The notes under the pieces: model-generated
What the model was told of the DNA's origin: nothing
The model's database searches: none
Seen by the model: the letters and a program-made list of their open reading frames with translations, nothing else
NCBI GenBank assembly: GCA_002811645.1
Contig: PDIP01000005.1
Coordinates: 259,198-323,197 of the forward strand
Source of the DNA: Corallochytrium limacisporum Hawaii
Lineage: Eukaryota > Protista > Pluriformea
DNA length: 64,000 nucleotides
Direction of reading: 5' to 3'
Shown: piece after piece, positions 18,958-30,059 of the stretch
Numbering within the stretch: the first letter of the stretch is position 1
Layout of the letters: each line of letters opens with the position of its first letter
Translations under genes and position numbers: made by a program

Positions 18958-20502
18958 TTACATCATGATCATGTGGAATGCCAGGGCGACAACCATAGCG
19001 CCCGAGGAGAGGAAGGCTGTGCTGGCGCTGCCGCCATCGCCGCCATCGCCGCCGTCGTCGCCGGTGTCATCACCAGGGGTCGTTGGGTCCGCAACATCGT
19101 CATCGTTCCCGTTGTTGTCGTCATCGTCACTAGCAGGAACCTCCCCACAGGTCACGGTCTCGATCTGACGTAACCAGACCTCTTGACCCGCAGACACTTC
19201 ACGGAGGATAGTGTTCTGCTTAGAGGTAGCTGGGAGACCCAAGCTGGTACCGGTTGGGCATGAACTGCCGGCGTTACTATGGTCAGAAGAACTGTCACTG
19301 AGTGTCCAGGACTCCGAATCAGTGTCGCTGACGCAGGCAGAAAGTAGTTCCTGACTACAGTCTCCGTTGTCCCAGCGTCCATCGGCGTTCTGCACAACAC
19401 AGCTGGCGCTGCAGCTGTTGATTGGAGACACATCCTGTACCCAGCTCCAAACGCTCCACTCACTGCGATCTGCGTCCATGTGATCAAAAGCAGTAGTGAA
19501 GCCACATTCCATGACGCTCTGCACATCATCTCGGCTTCTCATAACATCCTCTGCAGAGAAAGCGAAATTCTTGTCATCCAAGGTCAGGTCGGCCTCGAGA
19601 GCAGATTCTCGGACTACTAGACGGCCGCCAGAGTAGCCGTTGCAAGTGGTTGGATCCAGTTGGGTAAAGCCAATGTCTTGGCGGCCATTGACATTGCTGC
19701 TCAGGGTGGTGATGTCGTGGATAACACTGTTGCCAAAGTTGCAAGTCGAGGAAACAAAGACGCGGGCTCCGGAACTCAGCATCTCCCTGATGGTGGGCCA
19801 GACTTTACCAGTGCTTTCAGTGTACTGAGCCAGTTTGTTCGGAGTGTAGATCATGTCGCCGAAGACACTTTCAAAGACATTGTTAAGTTCCTCCACATTA
19901 ACGCAGCCAGTCTCCTCACTGACACGATCCTCAATGTCAATATAGATGAACTCGTCCGCATCGGCACTGCTTAGCCAGTCGGACAGGACGGTTAGCTGGC
20001 TCTTGACGGTGAACGAGGTCGAGGTGCAACCACGGTGGGCTCCGTAGTCAGGGAAGTCCAGGAGAGAACTACAAAGGTCTAGGCGCACCTCGTCCTGCGC
20101 TTGTTGGCAGAACCCATTCAGTTGATTGCTTGCATGACAAACGCGTAGCGGCCCATCGTCTGCCAATTCCGGAACGTAGTGTATATCTAGATTGATATGG
20201 CGAACTCCAAGGTTCATCTGCTCAGACATTGAGATATATTGGTTCTCAGCCACAAGGAAACCCTCAATACACTGACCGAAGAAGCAAACATCGCCATCGT
20301 CTCGGAGATCCTTGACAAAGTCCTGAAACCGGCTGGGGAAGGAGTCTAATGTTGCGTAAGAATTGTGGGTGCCAACCAAGTTCACGTCCCCGAAGTCTGC
20401 ATCCAGGCCTGCCCGGTACTGAGAAGCCAGGGCCGTTTGCGACCAGTCTGTTGCTTGTGCAGCACCCACAAGAGCTAATCCTATCCAAAACGTACTCTTC
20501 AT
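18958..20502 (-). CDS. Secreted, probably GPI-anchored PI-PLC-like phosphodiesterase with a C-terminal C-type-lectin-like (Mtc6-type) module
   Basis: Signal peptide MKSTFWIGLALVGAAQA. PLC-X motifs GTHNSY, QMNLGVRHINLDIH and VCH. Lectin-like WSW...C...DGRWDNGDC...AC...CP.G...P...N...VWL. D/G spacer and hydrophobic C-terminus. Confidence 0.8.
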   Translation of the reverse strand: MKSTFWIGLALVGAAQATDWSQTALASQYRAGLDADFGDVNLVGTHNSYATLDSFPSRFQDFVKDLRDDGDVCFFGQCIEGFLVAENQYISMSEQMNLGVRHINLDIHYVPELADDGPLRVCHASNQLNGFCQQAQDEVRLDLCSSLLDFPDYGAHRGCTSTSFTVKSQLTVLSDWLSSADADEFIYIDIEDRVSEETGCVNVEELNNVFESVFGDMIYTPNKLAQYTESTGKVWPTIREMLSSGARVFVSSTCNFGNSVIHDITTLSSNVNGRQDIGFTQLDPTTCNGYSGGRLVVRESALEADLTLDDKNFAFSAEDVMRSRDDVQSVMECGFTTAFDHMDADRSEWSVWSWVQDVSPINSCSASCVVQNADGRWDNGDCSQELLSACVSDTDSESWTLSDSSSDHSNAGSSCPTGTSLGLPATSKQNTILREVSAGQEVWLRQIETVTCGEVPASDDDDNNGNDDDVADPTTPGDDTGDDGGDGGDGGSASTAFLSSGAMVVALAFHMIMM

Positions 20503-22038
20503 GGTTGCTTATTGCCTTTGTGGTTGAGCTTGTGAATTTTTGGCCCAACGAAGTCGTGTCACAGGTAAATTTAATGTCACACTTTATAGAGTCCGCACAG
20601 AGCAAGGTGAAATAAATACCTGTTGCAACAAATGCAGGATGCGTCATGTTTCATTGAGTATTCGATCCGATACTACCTGTTCACTGAAATACAGTATCGT
20701 CTAAAGCATCAACTGAAAAAAGATTCTTCAGCTGTTTACGAACGCAACGACAGCGATGATGATGGTGGTGGTGATGATTGTGTTTCTGTGTGTACACGGT
20801 TTTCGTATCGCAGGTATGTGTTACCGATGCACACACCAAACACGCGCGTACTACGCACCGATATCTCAGTTCGTCCTTCCCCTCGGCTTTAACGGTTTCA
20901 CTCCTCGCGTGCCCAGTCCGCCCACCTTCTTCACATCGCACATTGGACGGGTATTAAGCCAATGGCCGGGAGGTTGACACCGGCTCACAACACCCAAAAA
21001 AAAAGAAAACTTAGGCATAAATCTACATACCCGATTCCTGGGTGTTTAGTGGCGCACACTACTTTAACCCTGCGGTACCAAGAAAAGCGGGAGACCGGGG
21101 AAGAAGGTGAGTAGTGCAATAAAGAGAAAGAAAAATGAGGTGGGCCACGTTCCCCACAATTAAGCAGATGGGTACCGTACCAAGACAAGTGTGCGTTCGG
21201 TAGAGGAAAAGAAGGGGGGGGGGAACGAGGAAAGGGGGAGGGGGGGGGAACTTTACGGAACCACAGCGCGGCAACCGACTCCGTCGCGGGCGGTCCAAAT
21301 TTGGACAACGATTCAATCATTCTGGCAGGTAAAAGAGGAGGACTTCAGAAGTGGTAATTTTCCATAGTGAATGAATAAGAGAAAAAGGCTTGTGTCCTCC
21401 CCGTGTTTGGGGTAAGCCCCATGGAACATTTAATCCAATTGATAAAAATGAGCTGACGTGTTAGCATCTCAAGAGCTCACCACCGGAACCCAATGGTGGG
21501 AGAGGACAGAATACTTATCGCAACCATCCATATTCATGATTCATTGTCTCATATTTTGATCATATAATTCTATGTAATTCATGTGCGGGTCATAATAGGT
21601 GACCTATATCCCCCATCCGTGCCCACCCATTGTCATACTCAGTCGCGGACCTTCTTTGCTTTGCTACTTTCGTGCTCAGAGTTTTCTCATGCTCGCCCTC
21701 GCGCACCTACCTCCGCCAAGTCCAGCACCGAATCAACCTGCCTTGGAAACCACAAAAAAAAGAAAAGGACAGAGCTTCGGGCCCGGTTAAGAGATGGTTC
21801 TTGGGTGTTACACGTTAGATGCTGAAATCGGTGATGGGGCGGTATTTTCTATTCCTTGCGCTTAATGAGAAGCGTGCGTGGCGAGCTGAGCCGGCCTTTG
21901 GGTATGTAGGCCGAGGAAAGGGCAGAAGGCCATACACGAAGGGCAGTGTGGGCGCCCGCAGCACCAGAGGAGGAAGGCAGGGGGCTGAAACCAGTAGATA
22001 ACCAAGGCAGGGAATTCTAGGGAGCGGGCGCAGCTCGA

Positions 22039-22042
<4 letters not shown>

Positions 22043-22098
<56 letters not shown>
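22043..22098. repeat. (AG)28 microsatellite
   Basis: Perfect dinucleotide run. Confidence 0.98.
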
Positions 22099-22102
<4 letters not shown>

Positions 22103-22899
22103 TTGCCGGTCAGATGGAGCACACGTACCCGAGCCTTCTGCATGGCGAACGCCAGCTCGTACGATACCCAGTGCACCGGTTACCCGAAAGGTTTGCGAAT
22201 TCGGCCGGCAGAGAAGGGTACTGTTGCAATCAGACAGATTGAGGGAAGGAAGTCGGTACACGAAGTAAAATTCGTGGGGGCTGCTAGGACACAGCGCATT
22301 GTTCGACTACCGGGTAAAGAACAATGTTCTACTCGGCGACGTCTGTTTAACTGTGCGCCTCATCACTCCTTATTTCCATTATCCGGAGATAATTTGGGTT
22401 GCGCTATCGCACTTCATATCTTTTCAGCGTAGATGAGTAGTGCATTCAGTATGAAATAGGGAAATCTCTTGCATCGCAGGCCCACACATCACCTATCCAG
22501 TCGCGGCAAAGTCAACGGCAATTGATAAGACTGAGAAAATAAAAGGTTAGGTCCAATGGCGGAGATTTTGGTGTATTCACTACGAGACGACGGCTTGCCA
22601 AATGAAATCACGTTTCCCAGTGGGGTTCCATTTCGTCACGGGTATGTCAAAAAGTTGATATGACCGAACTCGAGTACGGTCCATTGATTACCAGCGGAGA
22701 GAGGGAGGGATTCGCGTCTGCCTAAAATCACCACGGAGCCAATCAAGGCAATCAAAACCAGGGCGAGGGTGACCGATTCGGCCCCGCGGGGGGGTGTCAT
22801 CCGCGATGAGCAAGATACGATCACCGTGTCCGGCAGGATACTATGATGTAAGTGGTAAGTGATGATGACCAGGAATTGCAAACGTAATCACAGTGTTGT

Positions 22900-24924
22900 T
22901 TAATAAATCTTCATCGTCTTGATACGTTGTGATGCCTCCTCCTCACGCTTCATACAGGTGGTGAGGTCTTTGAGCTTTGTGCGCATCTTGTTACAGACCT
23001 CGATGCGGTTCTGTAGTAAGTTGTCCAGCTCCTGCACATAATTCATGATGTCCAAGTCAGGGTTATTGTCGAGTTCGTCCGCAAGTGCCAACTCACGCTG
23101 TAGGATCTTTGAAGTGTTGTCAATGGCTGTGCGGTGTTCCTCAACGAATTCGTCGGCCAGGTTGTCCAAACCAGTGACAGCCCGATTGTACTCGTACATA
23201 TAGTCTGCATCCTCTCCGTTTCCCTGATCCTTGAGCGAGTTTCTGAGCCACTCCAGGTCGTCTTGATCGTTTCCGTCGTTGTAGTTGTCCGCTTCCGCGC
23301 GCCTGACGACTCCGGGCTCGCCACTGCCCCCTTTTGGCAACTCCTTCACGCGATCCGCATAACGCAGAGTGTTCAGGGTGTGTTCACATGACGATGAACC
23401 GGGCGACACGGTCGCGATCATGCAAGTCTTCGAGTTCTCGCCGATGAAGGAATCTCGCAAAATTTGTGTAAGCTTGGAGGCACGGAAGGGCGTATGAGCC
23501 CCCTTACGTCCCAGAGCACGGATACATTCCTTGAGTGCCAGGAGGGACTTGTTGATTTCCGCACCCTCGAGACGAGTCTGGCGATCACTGTCGCGGGTAT
23601 CCACACCACGTTCGTTACCGGCCAAATCAATGAGGGAAAACTTTCCATGCTCCTTTCGTCCTTGTTTGAGCACAATTTGGAAAACAGCATGGGATCGGGA
23701 ACTGTGGTCATTGGCGGACGTTGTACCTGTCGTCCTGGCAGCATTGCCCTCTGCAATGATGTCCAGGACATCTTCCGGACGATTCACGGGCCTAGAGGTC
23801 AAGCCAACAACCTGAACCTGCTGCTTTCCATCTTCCAGAACACGTAACTTCTTACGGCGTTCCAGTAGGTCAAACACCTTGTTTCCGTACACTTCATAAT
23901 ATGCGACTTCAACTTTCAACTTCTCGGATGCATAGTCTCCGTTTGCAAACTTGAACACGTCTTTGGCAGCCAAGAAATAGATACCGTCGGACAGATTGCT
24001 GCTCGCGCCGGCAACCACGCCGCCCATGGTGAAAGTCTTACCAGAACCAGTCTGACCGTAAGCGAAGCATGTGGCCTTCCCCCCGTCGAAAATACATTTC
24101 ACCAGGGGCGCAGCGGTGAAGCGGTAGACAGTGCGATTGTCGACATACTCATCGAATGTATAGTCGAACGTAAAGTTTTGGTTGTCAAGGTATTTGGTCA
24201 AGTCAACTTTGCTTTTAGGTTCGTGGATAAGCACCTGATTTTTAGTCGGAACGGTCGCAACGTCGACATCAAATTTGTTCTTCTCCTTTCGATTCATGGG
24301 CCGCTTTCGCACACATACGCAAATCTTCAGTGTAGCTGCAGGTGCATCATTGGGAGCAATGCCCTTCAGAGGACCAAGATCGTGACGATAGTCATCCACC
24401 ATCCTCTGAAATTCGTAGTTGGGATTGGTCTTATCAGCATTACCTTCACGACGACGCTCCATTTCCAGCCGTTGCTTCTCCCTGCGTTCCTCCCTTTCCC
24501 GTGCAATTCTATCGATCTCTGCCGCTGTTTGGTCTGACCTAGCCCCATTAGCTGGGCGTTGTGCTGCTGGTGAAGCCCCTGATTTTGGTTTCCCATTCAT
24601 AGGAGGACGGACTGCAGGTGCCTGGTCTTCGAACGGGTTCTGAGATTGGGGACGTTGTTGTTGACCCGCCGGGTGAGTGATGGCCTTGTTGCGGTTCACC
24701 GGCGGCTGTACAGGAGGCTGCGTTGGTGCTTTTCCGCTCAAATCTGGATTGAGATCTTTGATCATTTCTACACTGACATCCTTTCCTTTGGTTTCCTCTC
24801 CCTCGAGCCACTCAACGCTGACAACCCCCATACTCTCTTTAATTTCGGAGACGCGTGCACCGTGCACTCTACCATCGGTACGCTTGATATTCACCTTCAC
24901 CCCAATGGCCAATCTGTTCTGCAT
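22900..24924 (-). CDS. KIF2: Kinesin-13 (KIF2/MCAK family) microtubule depolymerase
   Basis: KIF2-type N-terminal domain (VNIKRTDGRVH...VEWLEGEETKGK), neck, KVDLTKY loop, P-loop GQTGSGKT, SSRSH and DLAGNERG. First ATG at 24924. Confidence 0.95.
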   Translation of the reverse strand: MQNRLAIGVKVNIKRTDGRVHGARVSEIKESMGVVSVEWLEGEETKGKDVSVEMIKDLNPDLSGKAPTQPPVQPPVNRNKAITHPAGQQQRPQSQNPFEDQAPAVRPPMNGKPKSGASPAAQRPANGARSDQTAAEIDRIAREREERREKQRLEMERRREGNADKTNPNYEFQRMVDDYRHDLGPLKGIAPNDAPAATLKICVCVRKRPMNRKEKNKFDVDVATVPTKNQVLIHEPKSKVDLTKYLDNQNFTFDYTFDEYVDNRTVYRFTAAPLVKCIFDGGKATCFAYGQTGSGKTFTMGGVVAGASSNLSDGIYFLAAKDVFKFANGDYASEKLKVEVAYYEVYGNKVFDLLERRKKLRVLEDGKQQVQVVGLTSRPVNRPEDVLDIIAEGNAARTTGTTSANDHSSRSHAVFQIVLKQGRKEHGKFSLIDLAGNERGVDTRDSDRQTRLEGAEINKSLLALKECIRALGRKGAHTPFRASKLTQILRDSFIGENSKTCMIATVSPGSSSCEHTLNTLRYADRVKELPKGGSGEPGVVRRAEADNYNDGNDQDDLEWLRNSLKDQGNGEDADYMYEYNRAVTGLDNLADEFVEEHRTAIDNTSKILQRELALADELDNNPDLDIMNYVQELDNLLQNRIEVCNKMRTKLKDLTTCMKREEEASQRIKTMKIY

Positions 24925-25632
24925 TTTGGAGATAATTAGTTCCCAGTTATGCTTGGATGGTGACGAACTACTTCGTATCACATGTCAAGGAACCTTGTCC
25001 TGGGTCCGATTACTTATCCAGCCATGCTTACAGAGATATTCTATTTACAGGGTGGACCAGAGCTACTTTCTCAAAAGTACCATGTCTTCTATATTAGCAG
25101 AGGCTTTCAAAACTCTCCACCACAAATTTAGAAGGAAAATGCATATGTTAGTCCGGGAAGGAGCTGAAATCAACTTCCACTGGACAGTGACAGCGACTGT
25201 GATGGTGGACATGACAAGCGCCGTCTCATGCAATCGGCCCCTTTGCATCGCGGTCCCGCCACCTCCCTCCGTCCGTACGAGACGGAAAGCCAGGCGGGCT
25301 CAGCCCGTTGAATTTTTCCCGCACTTTCAACCCTTCTCCACAGTACTGAGTATGCTGGGATCTACGGGCAGGAGTGTCCACCCCGGTGGCGCCCTCTTCG
25401 TGCAATGGGTACCTGAAACTTGCCGCTGCAACCCAAGACTCCCGCCGCCTTGGTGGGGGGGGGGGGAGAAAGTAAGTCGGTCGGGGGTCTAATATTATGC
25501 ACTGGGTCCCCGGGTCGAACTTGCACGGTCCCGTAGGTTTGGCTTTCGTTGCCTATGGAAAACCAAATACAACATCGTCCCAAGAAGCTTTTTCTCTCCC
25601 GACCCTTGCTCTCCGAGGGGCCGGTCCAGAAA

Positions 25633-25642
25633 TGGCGGGAAA
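25633..25642 (-). promoter_or_regulatory. Putative E2F site TTTCCCGCCA in the KIF2/NCKAP1 divergent intergenic region
   Basis: Plus strand reads TGGCGGGAAA; matches the E2F consensus TTTSSCGC. Function untested. Confidence 0.3.
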
Positions 25643-26008
25643 GAAGCGCTTGGAATACAGAGTACGGTACCGGTGGTACCGTGGTACATTCACTTCTGGA
25701 TCGCGATGGGGAGAGGGGGCTGGGATCTTGTGCTTGTATTGTTGTCCGGGCGGAGGGATCAGTCCGAAGCCGTCCGAACGGAGAGATGCCCTATCCTGTT
25801 TCGCTGGGTCCGGCAATCTCCCAAAGAGCGGTGGCAAGTGGCCCCTGATACTTGAAAGATATAAACATGTAATGAACACTCCGAAGCTAGATTTTGATTG
25901 AAGGTAATTGAGACATAGTGTTCTACAATTTGAACCCTTGTCGCGGAATCCGTGGTTGGATTGGTGTTATAGTCGACCCGGGACGCGATTAGCCGAAGGC
26001 TTCAGACC

Positions 26009-29000
26009 ATGGTAGACGTCGAGATCCGTGGCCGCGTGGCCGAGCGTCTTATTCTGCTCAATGATAGAGCTGAGGGGCTTTTGTGTCGATTCTATCATAG
26101 TGCAAAATTGTACAGTGAGAAGCCCAGTGTTATGCCTGCAGCTTTCAAGGATAAACGTATGATCCCCTTCAACGCGGCCATCGAAAAGGATTTTCCAAAG
26201 ATTCCGTGGACTCTGGCCATTCCACTGGCAACTATGGACCCGGGAGTTCTTGAGGATACATACCAGAAACTTATCCCCTTATACAGGGCCTTTGTTGACA
26301 CATTAGAGGTGCGTAACCAGACGGTAAAGCTATTCCATGAATTGGTTGAGGTGAGTCCGATTGTGCACATGAAGGCAAATTTCACATTAGTTGAGCAGTG
26401 CTTGCAGCTTCTTCGGCGTCTTGCTGCTTTGCTTGTCCTTCAGGCACGCTTTTCACATCGAAAGATGGTTGTCGTGTACGGTTTTATGGCCTTTAAGGAA
26501 TCTCGCGGCAGTCCGGAACCTCATTTCGAACGTCTCATTGCCTTCTTGGATAGGTACACCGTGCCGTTTGGTCAGCTTGCCGATGACCTCAATGAAATGA
26601 AGCAGTGGTTTGGAGATATGGCACAGTCGACGCTGGGGACTGCCAGGAAACGATTTTTCAGTACGGCGGAGCTTCTCAAGGAGCGGACATTCAGCATGTG
26701 TCCATACGTCGAAGATGGCCACCCTGCCCTCCCATACGACCTGTCCTCCCATTCAATCCCACAGCATGACTATCTTGCCATGGTGACTTATGTATACCTG
26801 ATTTGGCCCGACCTCCTGAAAACAGATGGTGGACTCGATTTCGTTTCGGAAGTACTCTCCTCATCGTACACAACTAACATTTTCAGGGATGAAGTGGTCG
26901 GTGGTGCAACAATGTTTACAGCCCTGGTGGCAAAACGGAAGGACACCTTCTCCGACCATGCACCGTTTCGCAAGGCATTCCTTAAGGCAACTGAGCATGC
27001 AGTAAAGCAGGAACCTCAAAAGCGTTTGGCTTTGCGAGCATACCTGCGTCAGGCAATGGAAGACGCCCTGAACTTCATCAGTGAGCAACCATACTTGACA
27101 GCTGTGCATTTGAACCTGCTCTTGCGTTTGTGCGCATCAGTGGTGGACGAGCTACTTTGGCTCTTCGTCCACTTCCAAACGCCTTGTGACACCAAAACAA
27201 AGGCGAAATACGACCAGGATGACTACAGAGATCCCTCTGTGCCGTACATGTTCCATCTGCTGATTGAGATTGTGCGGCGTATTCGCTCTTCAGAAAAGAA
27301 CATCTCACAATACTATATTGAATGGCTCAAGGATACGGATTTGCCGTGGATGCAGAAGGCCATCAAAGACCTTAATCTGGAAGGTACTGTTAATAGCCGG
27401 TTAAATGACATTGCGACAGACCTTGTGTCGTACATTAAGATAGCAGAACGCAAGATTGACAAGGAGACCATGGCCAAGGGGGATGCCTTGCGTCTGGACT
27501 GGGCACGTGTACAGGCAGCTTTTGCTACAGACGATAACTTCATTGTTGCACTACAGAAGCATCTGAAGAAAATGTCGCTCATGAACGATGTAATTCTGCG
27601 AACAATGTGCATCGACGCATTGCCACGATTGCTCGAGAAAATGCTTCGCATTCGGGATCTATGGTGGTACAGGGATACACTACTCGGTGCGCTTGAAAGC
27701 AGTTTAGATGATCTGGCTATGTGCCGATTCGCGCATGTCTACCCATACATGTGCCAGTACTTTGCAGAGAACAGCCACCCTTACGTGGAGGAGGAACGTA
27801 CTCTCTTGGTTGATCAGGTGAAGCTCTTCCTCGGCACATTCAACGATCAGATCGTACGATTCATTGCCAAGACTATCAATGCACTCATCAATCACTTCAA
27901 TGGAATTGAAGATAAGCTTTTGCCAGTTCTGGGTGGCTCGGTTATGTATGCGCGCATGCAGAAAAAGTCAAAGAAAGGAATGAAAGCAATGCTGGATGCT
28001 TTACATGATGGCGACTCGAACATCCCGTCATCCCTTATTAAGAAGACCCGTAAGGACAAGAAAAAGAAGAAGAAGGATGGCGACAGCACCGCTGCAAGGC
28101 CGACAGACGAATCCTTCCTACCGGAGGTCCCGGGCCAGGAGTCAAGCGATCGCCACTCCAAGGCTGCTCAGGCCTTTACGCTAAAGATTCAGAGTCTTGT
28201 GTATTTGTTGAAGTATGTTGATCTTTTGCCGTCGATTGATGTTGGCAGTCAAAGAGTCAACACGCGTGGTCTTTTTGAAGATTCTCTGGAGAAGGGCATT
28301 GAGTTTATGCTATTCCGCATGTGTGAGTATGACGCAGACAAACCCAATGTCCTTCGTCCCACAGTCTTTGCTGCCCGGGTGCAAACACTGCGGCGAGTTC
28401 TCTTGAGGCTTGAGGAAAGCTGCAAGGTTGACACTCTGGCCCTTCTGTCCAAGGGCCTGAGCACACAGAAGTTTGCCCTGCTGCCAAACTCAGGTCGTGA
28501 TGTTGCCACGGTCGGACAGGCATACGTTGCCTTCTACTACCGCCTCCTCACCGGGCACGCAGCCAATGGCACCATAGTTGCTTCACCAAGCATGCACACC
28601 TGGCTCTCCAGCCGGGACTCTCCTGTGCGTTTCGAGGAGTACACAGACATTACAGAACTCCGGGCCCTGGGCGAGTTCATGGGACCAGACGGTATGCGTC
28701 AAATGGACCAACAGCTGGCGAAGGCGCTGGCAGCCTTGAACACAGAGATGAAGGAATGTACAATCAAGAACCATCTTATTCTAGAGCAATTCGAAGCCTG
28801 CTGGGACAGGCCAGATGGTTGTCGTCAGCTACTCTCCAAGCTTCACCCAGAGGTCTACGAGGAGTTCCGACGGCCAGCTGTAACGCTCGGTGTGGTGACA
28901 TGCTTCCGCAATCTCATCACCGAGGCTATTCGCAGCAACCTCCAGCACCACGCCGAGCTGCTGCATCGTTGTGTGCAGGACGCTTTTACTGATTATGCCA

Positions 29001-29716
29001 CAGAGGAGTCTCTAAACGAGAACTCGGACATCCGTCAGGCTGCGTTCATGGCAGGCATCAATCAACACATTGATCCTCTGGTCCGCTTCGGTCTGCGTAA
29101 TCTGGTTTCGCAGCCCGCCCAGGACGTCAAAATCTATCGTCTGCAGCTGGTCTACGCTGCGATGGTTCTGTGGTCCATGTCCCATGCTGCAGAGAGCGAC
29201 TATAACATTTACGCGGACAGTTCCCGGTCGAACGTGGCAGCTTTCATCTCCATGGTCACCGTTTACGGGACCGCTGCTCTGGAACTTGCATCCAACGGTG
29301 ACGATGACATCGTGAAGTCGGGACTTGCTCTGTACAATGAGATAATCAGTACCCTGACAATGCGCACCCGAACGGCCACCATTGAGGCCAAGTTGCCTTT
29401 TGAACGCACCCGCGGAGTTGATGCTATCTTTGTCATGTGTGACCGCTTTACAAAGGAGTGCAATTACCTCACACCGGAAGCTGCTGAACGATGTATGCCG
29501 TACATTCTCAAGCAATTAGCGTACCGTGCTCGCTACACAGAGGCGACACACCATGTACCGACCCCGGGCATTGACGCGCCGGCCATCGGGAATGCTCGCT
29601 ACGGACAGATCCTCGAGAGCGGTATGGGCCATCGGCCATCTGTCGGTGACAGTTACTACGGCTTCTCAACCGACTACACCTCCAAGGCGCACTCAGTGCC
29701 GCTTACTATTGTGTGA
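26009..29716 (+). CDS. NCKAP1: Nck-associated protein 1 / Hem family subunit of the WAVE regulatory complex
   Basis: N-terminal VAERLILLNDRAEGLLCRFY, LRLDWARVQA, PGQES, EEYTDITELRALGEFMGPDGM, HIDPLV, and C-terminal ERCMPYILKQLAY. Confidence 0.9.
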   Translation: MVDVEIRGRVAERLILLNDRAEGLLCRFYHSAKLYSEKPSVMPAAFKDKRMIPFNAAIEKDFPKIPWTLAIPLATMDPGVLEDTYQKLIPLYRAFVDTLEVRNQTVKLFHELVEVSPIVHMKANFTLVEQCLQLLRRLAALLVLQARFSHRKMVVVYGFMAFKESRGSPEPHFERLIAFLDRYTVPFGQLADDLNEMKQWFGDMAQSTLGTARKRFFSTAELLKERTFSMCPYVEDGHPALPYDLSSHSIPQHDYLAMVTYVYLIWPDLLKTDGGLDFVSEVLSSSYTTNIFRDEVVGGATMFTALVAKRKDTFSDHAPFRKAFLKATEHAVKQEPQKRLALRAYLRQAMEDALNFISEQPYLTAVHLNLLLRLCASVVDELLWLFVHFQTPCDTKTKAKYDQDDYRDPSVPYMFHLLIEIVRRIRSSEKNISQYYIEWLKDTDLPWMQKAIKDLNLEGTVNSRLNDIATDLVSYIKIAERKIDKETMAKGDALRLDWARVQAAFATDDNFIVALQKHLKKMSLMNDVILRTMCIDALPRLLEKMLRIRDLWWYRDTLLGALESSLDDLAMCRFAHVYPYMCQYFAENSHPYVEEERTLLVDQVKLFLGTFNDQIVRFIAKTINALINHFNGIEDKLLPVLGGSVMYARMQKKSKKGMKAMLDALHDGDSNIPSSLIKKTRKDKKKKKKDGDSTAARPTDESFLPEVPGQESSDRHSKAAQAFTLKIQSLVYLLKYVDLLPSIDVGSQRVNTRGLFEDSLEKGIEFMLFRMCEYDADKPNVLRPTVFAARVQTLRRVLLRLEESCKVDTLALLSKGLSTQKFALLPNSGRDVATVGQAYVAFYYRLLTGHAANGTIVASPSMHTWLSSRDSPVRFEEYTDITELRALGEFMGPDGMRQMDQQLAKALAALNTEMKECTIKNHLILEQFEACWDRPDGCRQLLSKLHPEVYEEFRRPAVTLGVVTCFRNLITEAIRSNLQHHAELLHRCVQDAFTDYATEESLNENSDIRQAAFMAGINQHIDPLVRFGLRNLVSQPAQDVKIYRLQLVYAAMVLWSMSHAAESDYNIYADSSRSNVAAFISMVTVYGTAALELASNGDDDIVKSGLALYNEIISTLTMRTRTATIEAKLPFERTRGVDAIFVMCDRFTKECNYLTPEAAERCMPYILKQLAYRARYTEATHHVPTPGIDAPAIGNARYGQILESGMGHRPSVGDSYYGFSTDYTSKAHSVPLTIV

Positions 29717-30059
29717 AGCATGTCATTCAGTCAACGAAAATTCTTGTAATCCAAGGTTTTATGGCGACCGTTTAATTAGCATACATAGACCACATCTATT
29801 TTTTTTCACATACTGTCGGGGGTGCTGGTGATGCGTCGGGGCAGGCTCAGATCTTGTTGCGACCAAACACACTGCCAAGCCAACCTTGGATGTCAAAGTA
29901 GTTGGTACATGATGACTAAGGTACGTTCTATTTTCTAGGAATTGCGGTGGGGCAGTGAATGTATAGAGCACGCAGAGGGGTTGCCTCAAGTTTTTCAACG
30001 CTGTCACAATGGTGCCTTCCGACAAAGATGTTCTGGACAAGCCATTGGCGCATTCTATG

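Noticed and set aside
21815-22881. Minus-strand fragments with protein-like stretches (a TM-like segment; HWVSYELAFAMQKARVRVL, faintly TIR-like)
   Set aside because: Many stops, partly driven by the (AG)n repeat, and no family I can align convincingly. It could be decayed coding DNA; a translated homology search would settle it.
24677-25492. 271-aa plus-strand ORF overlapping the kinesin-13 5' end
   Set aside because: Antisense to KIF2 and its promoter, with no domain signal.
25661-25690. Cluster of GTAC/GGTACC repeats
   Set aside because: Short, likely slippage-derived, and no spacer structure (not CRISPR-like).
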